Source of the DNA: an uncultured archaeon
GTDB taxonomy: Archaea > Asgardarchaeota > Lokiarchaeia > Sigyniarchaeales > SOKP01
Assembly (NCBI GenBank): GCA_964486045.1
Contig: CAZALK010000030.1
Span: 1 to 22,102, forward strand
Direction: 5' to 3'
DNA: 22,102 nt
Shown: positions 18,265 through 22,102 of the stretch, in pieces
How the letters are laid out: each line of letters starts with the position of its first letter
Position numbering within the stretch: position 1 is the stretch's first letter
The notes under the pieces: generated by a model
The model's input: the letters and a program-made list of their open reading frames with translations, nothing else
Database searches by the model: none
Told to the model about the DNA's origin: nothing
Program-made: the position numbers and the translations under genes

Positions 18265-19305
18265 CTAATCTCCGATTTCTAACTTCTTTTTTGCTAGGGA
18301 TTCAAATCCAATTGCATTAGAGAAGATTGGATCTTTAACTTTAACAATTTTATCAAGCTCAAGAGGGTCAATTAAATTTTGTTCTAAGATTAGCATTTCA
18401 ATTTCGGTCCAAAAAAGCTTCATAGCTTCCCCCGTTATAATGTAATACTCAATATTTGCATCTAATGGTAGCTTATTTAATACAGAGACTAAATTATCAA
18501 CAATTTCTTGTGAAATTTGGCGCATATAATGCTCCTTTAATTTCCCTATATTATAAGATTTTCCAGATAGAATAACATAGCCTTTATTTCCTCTAATATT
18601 TTCTAATATTTCATGAGGATTTATGATTATACCTGTTTTTTGTTGAAGTGCGATTGCGATTTTGTTTGATAAAACAAATAACGATGCGTTAGTTAAGTTA
18701 CGAGAGGCGTTTCTAATTAATTTCCCTTCAAAAATTGTTAATATTTCTGTTAACAAATCGAGTGAAATTACTATTGCGTCTATGGCTGTACCTGTTTCAG
18801 AACTAGAAATAACTTGATAATAAGTTCCATAACTTTCCGGCATTACTAATACTTGTTTGATTGAAATCTTTTTCTCCATAATTTCTTTAGTAGCGTCATT
18901 TATCACTTTAATTTTAAAATCTCCTTTTAGTTTGGAACTCAGATATTTCATTTTCTCGATACTTGTGGAAATTGGAGTCCCAATTCCTAAAATTATATCT
19001 TCTTGTTCCTCTTTTAATAATAAAGGTAAGACAGCTTTAATCAATAAAAATATATCTTCAGTCCTCTTCAAATTTCCTTGGTTCAGAACAAAATTCTTAA
19101 TATCACTTTGAGTTCTCGCTAATTCTCCTACATAGTATTCCTCTTCTTTATCCACAATAATTAAATTGTTTTCCCAACTTTTATCTGTAGTCAATTCGCC
19201 CCAACCAACAGGATTGCTGTTCCCAATAACATTTGGAATTGATAATTTTTTCTTATTAAAAGAGAATTTAATCTCTCCTCCGATATCAATCCCTATTGCT
19301 TTCAT
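18265..19305 (-). CDS. ParM/StbA-like actin-fold protein with degenerate nucleotide-binding motifs
   Basis: GIDIGGEIK, YVGELA, GTP, VMPESYG, IITGEA and SNAIGF. Colinear with 19462..20487, but the phosphate-2 motif is replaced by ISLDLLTE. Confidence 0.85.
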   Translation of the reverse strand: MKAIGIDIGGEIKFSFNKKKLSIPNVIGNSNPVGWGELTTDKSWENNLIIVDKEEEYYVGELARTQSDIKNFVLNQGNLKRTEDIFLLIKAVLPLLLKEEQEDIILGIGTPISTSIEKMKYLSSKLKGDFKIKVINDATKEIMEKKISIKQVLVMPESYGTYYQVISSSETGTAIDAIVISLDLLTEILTIFEGKLIRNASRNLTNASLFVLSNKIAIALQQKTGIIINPHEILENIRGNKGYVILSGKSYNIGKLKEHYMRQISQEIVDNLVSVLNKLPLDANIEYYIITGEAMKLFWTEIEMLILEQNLIDPLELDKIVKVKDPIFSNAIGFESLAKKKLEIGD

Positions 19306-19385
19306 GATCGAATCAATAATAATTATTTTTTTGAGTTATCTTAAAGTAAAAACCTAAAAATGCAAAACGAAATTAATAATTTGGC

Positions 19386-19393
19386 TATATAAA
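19386..19393. promoter_or_regulatory. Candidate TATA box in the divergent 156-bp intergenic region
   Basis: TATATAAA on + and TTTATATA on -, near the middle of the spacer. The AT-rich background weakens the call. Confidence 0.4.
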
Positions 19394-19461
19394 ACTATAA
19401 AATTATTACATTAAAATTAGCAGTATTTGAAAATAAAAAAGAAAATTAAAGTGAATTAAAT

Positions 19462-20487
19462 ATGATTCTACCTGTAGGAATAGATTTAGGAACATCTACA
19501 ATCAAATTATCATGCTTAGGAACAGAATTTCTAATTCCTTCGCTTATCGGGGAGGCTAACCCGGGGTGGTCTGGTGGCACTCTAGATACTTCATTAGAAA
19601 ATAATTTAGTGCTCATTGACGGGCGAGAGGAGTGGTATGTTGGCGAATTAGCTCGAACTCAATCTGAAGTAAAACGTGCTCTAGCAAGTGATGGTCAAAT
19701 GAAATCTGCTGAAGAAACCTTTTTAGCCCTAAAAGCGGCCTTATCATTAATTATTGCTGAGGATGATCAAGACGTTGTTATGGCAACAGGTGTACCAGTT
19801 GCTACTTCTTTAGAAGTTATGAAAAATTTGAGTCGAATGTTAAAAGGAAACCTCGAAATAAATGTCAGGAATGACGCAACGGAAAAAACTCAACGAATAA
19901 ATTGCAATATTACAAAATGTTTAGTTCTCCCAGAGCCTTACGGGACTTATTACTCAACTTTAAAAGAAAGAGGCGAAGATGAAGCTGTTGATACAGTATT
20001 AATTGATATTGGACATGGAAGTACGGATATTTTAACAATGTATGCTGGACGCCCAATGCGTACCGCGAGTGGCTCTTTAAGAGAGGCTACAGATACTCTT
20101 ACGAACCGTATTGCTGCTAAACTTCAGGAAAAGACCAATATGATTGTTAAACCTTTTGATTTAATGACAACAATTCAAAAACAGAAAGAAACCGTAATGT
20201 TAGGAGGACAGACGTACTCCATCAAGGCGATAAAAGATCATTTTTCAGCAGTGATCGCTAAAGTCATGGTAGATGAGGTTATGCGACTAATTGCCACATT
20301 GCCACCTGATGCATTTGTTGAATATTACATAATATGCGGCGGTGGTGCTTATTCTTTCGGAGATGCAATAAAAAAAGCTTTAATAGATGGGAAATTAGTT
20401 AGTAGTCCGGAGGCTGTTGTGATTCCAGATGATCCTGTAATGTCAAACGCAAAAGGATTCGAGTTAATTTCCAAATCTCAAAACTAA
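19462..20487 (+). CDS. ParM/StbA-like actin-fold ATPase with intact motifs
   Basis: Phosphate-1 GIDLGTSTIK, YVGELA, TGVP, connect-1 VLPEPYG (catalytic Glu position), phosphate-2 LIDIGHGSTD, adenosine ICGGGA and connect-2 DPVMSNAKGF. Confidence 0.92.
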   Translation: MILPVGIDLGTSTIKLSCLGTEFLIPSLIGEANPGWSGGTLDTSLENNLVLIDGREEWYVGELARTQSEVKRALASDGQMKSAEETFLALKAALSLIIAEDDQDVVMATGVPVATSLEVMKNLSRMLKGNLEINVRNDATEKTQRINCNITKCLVLPEPYGTYYSTLKERGEDEAVDTVLIDIGHGSTDILTMYAGRPMRTASGSLREATDTLTNRIAAKLQEKTNMIVKPFDLMTTIQKQKETVMLGGQTYSIKAIKDHFSAVIAKVMVDEVMRLIATLPPDAFVEYYIICGGGAYSFGDAIKKALIDGKLVSSPEAVVIPDDPVMSNAKGFELISKSQN

Positions 20488-20488
20488 A

Positions 20489-20507
20489 TTTTTTTTCCTA
20501 TTTTTTT
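20489..20507 (+). terminator. Candidate oligo-T terminator after the actin-like ATPase
   Basis: T8-ccta-T7 immediately after the TAA stop. Confidence 0.45.
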
Positions 20508-20630
20508 ATAATTCTTGAATTTAAAAAAAAAGATAAATAATAATTTTATCATTATCTTATAGAGATTTTAATTTTTGGATTAATAAACGATAGTAATCCC
20601 ATTATTACAATTAAAATTTGGAAGATTAAT

Positions 20631-21911
20631 GTGGATGAAAAATCACCTAAAAAAGAAATAGATGAGCTTGAAGATACTGTTAAAGGTATATTAGGTAAAT
20701 ATTCTAATGTAGATTCTTCCAGCGACATTGAAGTAGTTGATCCATTGTCGAGTCTAGATAACTTAGTAAAAGGTGCGTTAACAGAATTAACAGAATTAGA
20801 AGGAGATATATTAGATCTGATAAAACCTTCATCAGAAACAGGACTTAACAATCAAGAAAACAACGTAATTATGGCTGTTAGACGCTTTCAAAATGCGATG
20901 AAAGTAGCTTTATTTGATGGTGCCAGCAAAAGAGATTTAAATCTATTTGAAGAATCTTTTAATTTTTATATCAATGCAATTGAATTAATATCCTCTACAG
21001 GAAACCAAGGAGAAATCGAACAGGTGAAAAGTGAATTTGCTCAGGCTCTGCTTAAGATTGCTTCATTAGGCGATCAAATTAGAGATGAAGCATTTAATCC
21101 GTTTCTTGTAAAAACCTTCCAAACCTTAGCCGAGATTTATGATAGTTTTAAAGACTATAAGATAAGTATTTCATATCATACCAAAGCAGGAAATATATTG
21201 ATAAAGGACCCTAACCTCGTGATTCAAGCAAATTTAGAATATCTTTCTGCTATTATAGGTCATCTTATAATCAATGAAATCGAAAAAGCCCAAAAAATCT
21301 CATTACTCATAAAAATTAAACCTGTTAAGATGGTGGCAGATGAGATATTCTCATGTTTGAATGAAAAAAATCCTACACCTATTGATAAATCTAAAAGTAG
21401 AGTAGAAGCATTGGGGGCTCAGAGAAGAATTACAGTTAGAAATGTAGTATCTTTACTCAAAACTTTTAAATCTAAGCTAAGTGGAGCAACAAAACCTTCC
21501 CCTGTAGAAGAATTAGATGTACCCGTAGCAGCGATTCCGTTATCAAATGAGAAAGTTACAGCCATTAAAGATTCAGTTTCAAAAGGTATTCTTCAATTTC
21601 AATCGGCTCACCCGAATCTAAATGTTCCCGTTGCTCACATTGATACCAGTTCCATTGTGTCTGAATTAAAACAAGCCATTTCTGAGGGAATTAGTAAAGA
21701 AATAAGATCGGTGTCTGATGAAATAGTTGCTAAAATTTTGAAAAACATGCCTAGTGGAGGTTTGACAACCTCAAGACCAAGATCAGCTGGTCCGATTTCA
21801 GATGAAGGCGCTCCAGATATCGAAGTTGTTGAAGGCGGTTTACCTCCTGGAGAAAAACCTAAACGTCCAAAATTAGACGATATGTTGGACTCGGTAATAG
21901 TAAGTGAATAG
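20631..21911 (+). CDS. Hypothetical: acidic N-terminus, TPR/alpha-SNAP-like helical core, oligomerisation-like helix, Pro-rich tail with terminal amphipathic peptide
   Basis: 426-aa ORF with GTG start. FEESFNFYINAIEL and LAEIYDSFKDYKISISYHTKAG...ANLEYLSA helical repeats. The tail is GLPPGEKPKRPKLDDMLDSVIVSE. The CDS is secure; the domain calls are tentative. Confidence 0.7.
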   Translation: MDEKSPKKEIDELEDTVKGILGKYSNVDSSSDIEVVDPLSSLDNLVKGALTELTELEGDILDLIKPSSETGLNNQENNVIMAVRRFQNAMKVALFDGASKRDLNLFEESFNFYINAIELISSTGNQGEIEQVKSEFAQALLKIASLGDQIRDEAFNPFLVKTFQTLAEIYDSFKDYKISISYHTKAGNILIKDPNLVIQANLEYLSAIIGHLIINEIEKAQKISLLIKIKPVKMVADEIFSCLNEKNPTPIDKSKSRVEALGAQRRITVRNVVSLLKTFKSKLSGATKPSPVEELDVPVAAIPLSNEKVTAIKDSVSKGILQFQSAHPNLNVPVAHIDTSSIVSELKQAISEGISKEIRSVSDEIVAKILKNMPSGGLTTSRPRSAGPISDEGAPDIEVVEGGLPPGEKPKRPKLDDMLDSVIVSE

Positions 21912-22102
21912 CTGATAGCGTCAAGGTTGATTTAAACTAAAGAGTCTTGATCCCGCGGATGAGTGAGAAAAACTTCTAAAATTAATTCGCTGTAATTGGA
22001 GAGTTATAAAATGCTTGAGTCAAAGAAATTTCTAATCAACTTTTTTGAAATCTTTGAGCACGTTCTCATAAACTAATGATATTCTTGAATTCTTGAAGCA
22101 TG

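Noticed and set aside
18265-20487. Calling the actin-fold genes lokiactin/eukaryote-like actin, MreB or FtsA
   Set aside because: They lack the actin DNGSG/GDEA/TE.PLNP and MreB-specific signatures. The TG.P, PE, DIG.G.TD, GGGA and N..GF set and the ~340-aa length fit ParM/StbA-like proteins.
19306-20630. parC-like centromere or ParR gene
   Set aside because: The spacers at 19306-19461 and 20488-20630 are AT-rich, without regular direct repeats or a small DNA-binding ORF.
379-20851. Short ORF-track entries 379..678, 516..812, 1597..1896, 4656..4847, 8974..9189, 10791..11033, 11386..11595, 11751..11993, 14855..15082, 15533..15733, 16738..17013, 18857..19111, 19166..19357, 20552..20851
   Set aside because: They are antisense or off-frame shadows of better-supported genes and have no recognisable motifs.
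22032-22100. Possible 3' end of a minus-strand gene entering from the right edge (CFKNSRISLVYENVLKDFKKVD*)
   Set aside because: Too short to distinguish from a chance open frame.

Overview
AT-rich window that looks like Asgard archaeal (Lokiarchaeia/Promethearchaeota-like) chromosome. The taxon is inferred from GGTGA/GGAG-type RBSs, a TPR + longin-like gene remnant and an HDINN-type PAS kinase. Left part: a decayed TPR gene, a two-gene 2-hydroxyacyl-CoA dehydratase/activase-type system, trmO, two tandem metallophosphoesterase paralogs, a PepD-like peptidase, a TIGR04076-type small protein with an alpha/beta hydrolase, two hypotheticals and a group II PLP decarboxylase. Middle part: a kinase remnant lacking its H-box, a PAS kinase, and a receiver whose start codon reads ACG. 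The most interesting part is 17299-21911. It holds a head-to-head pair of paralogous ParM/StbA-like actin-fold genes, one with intact nucleotide-binding motifs and one degenerate. One flank encodes a UEV/E2-like plus helical protein. The other encodes a SNAP/TPR-like protein with a VASP-tetramerisation-like helix and a Pro-rich amphipathic tail. This is a candidate cytoskeletal module. All family calls come from motif recognition by eye; no searches were run.
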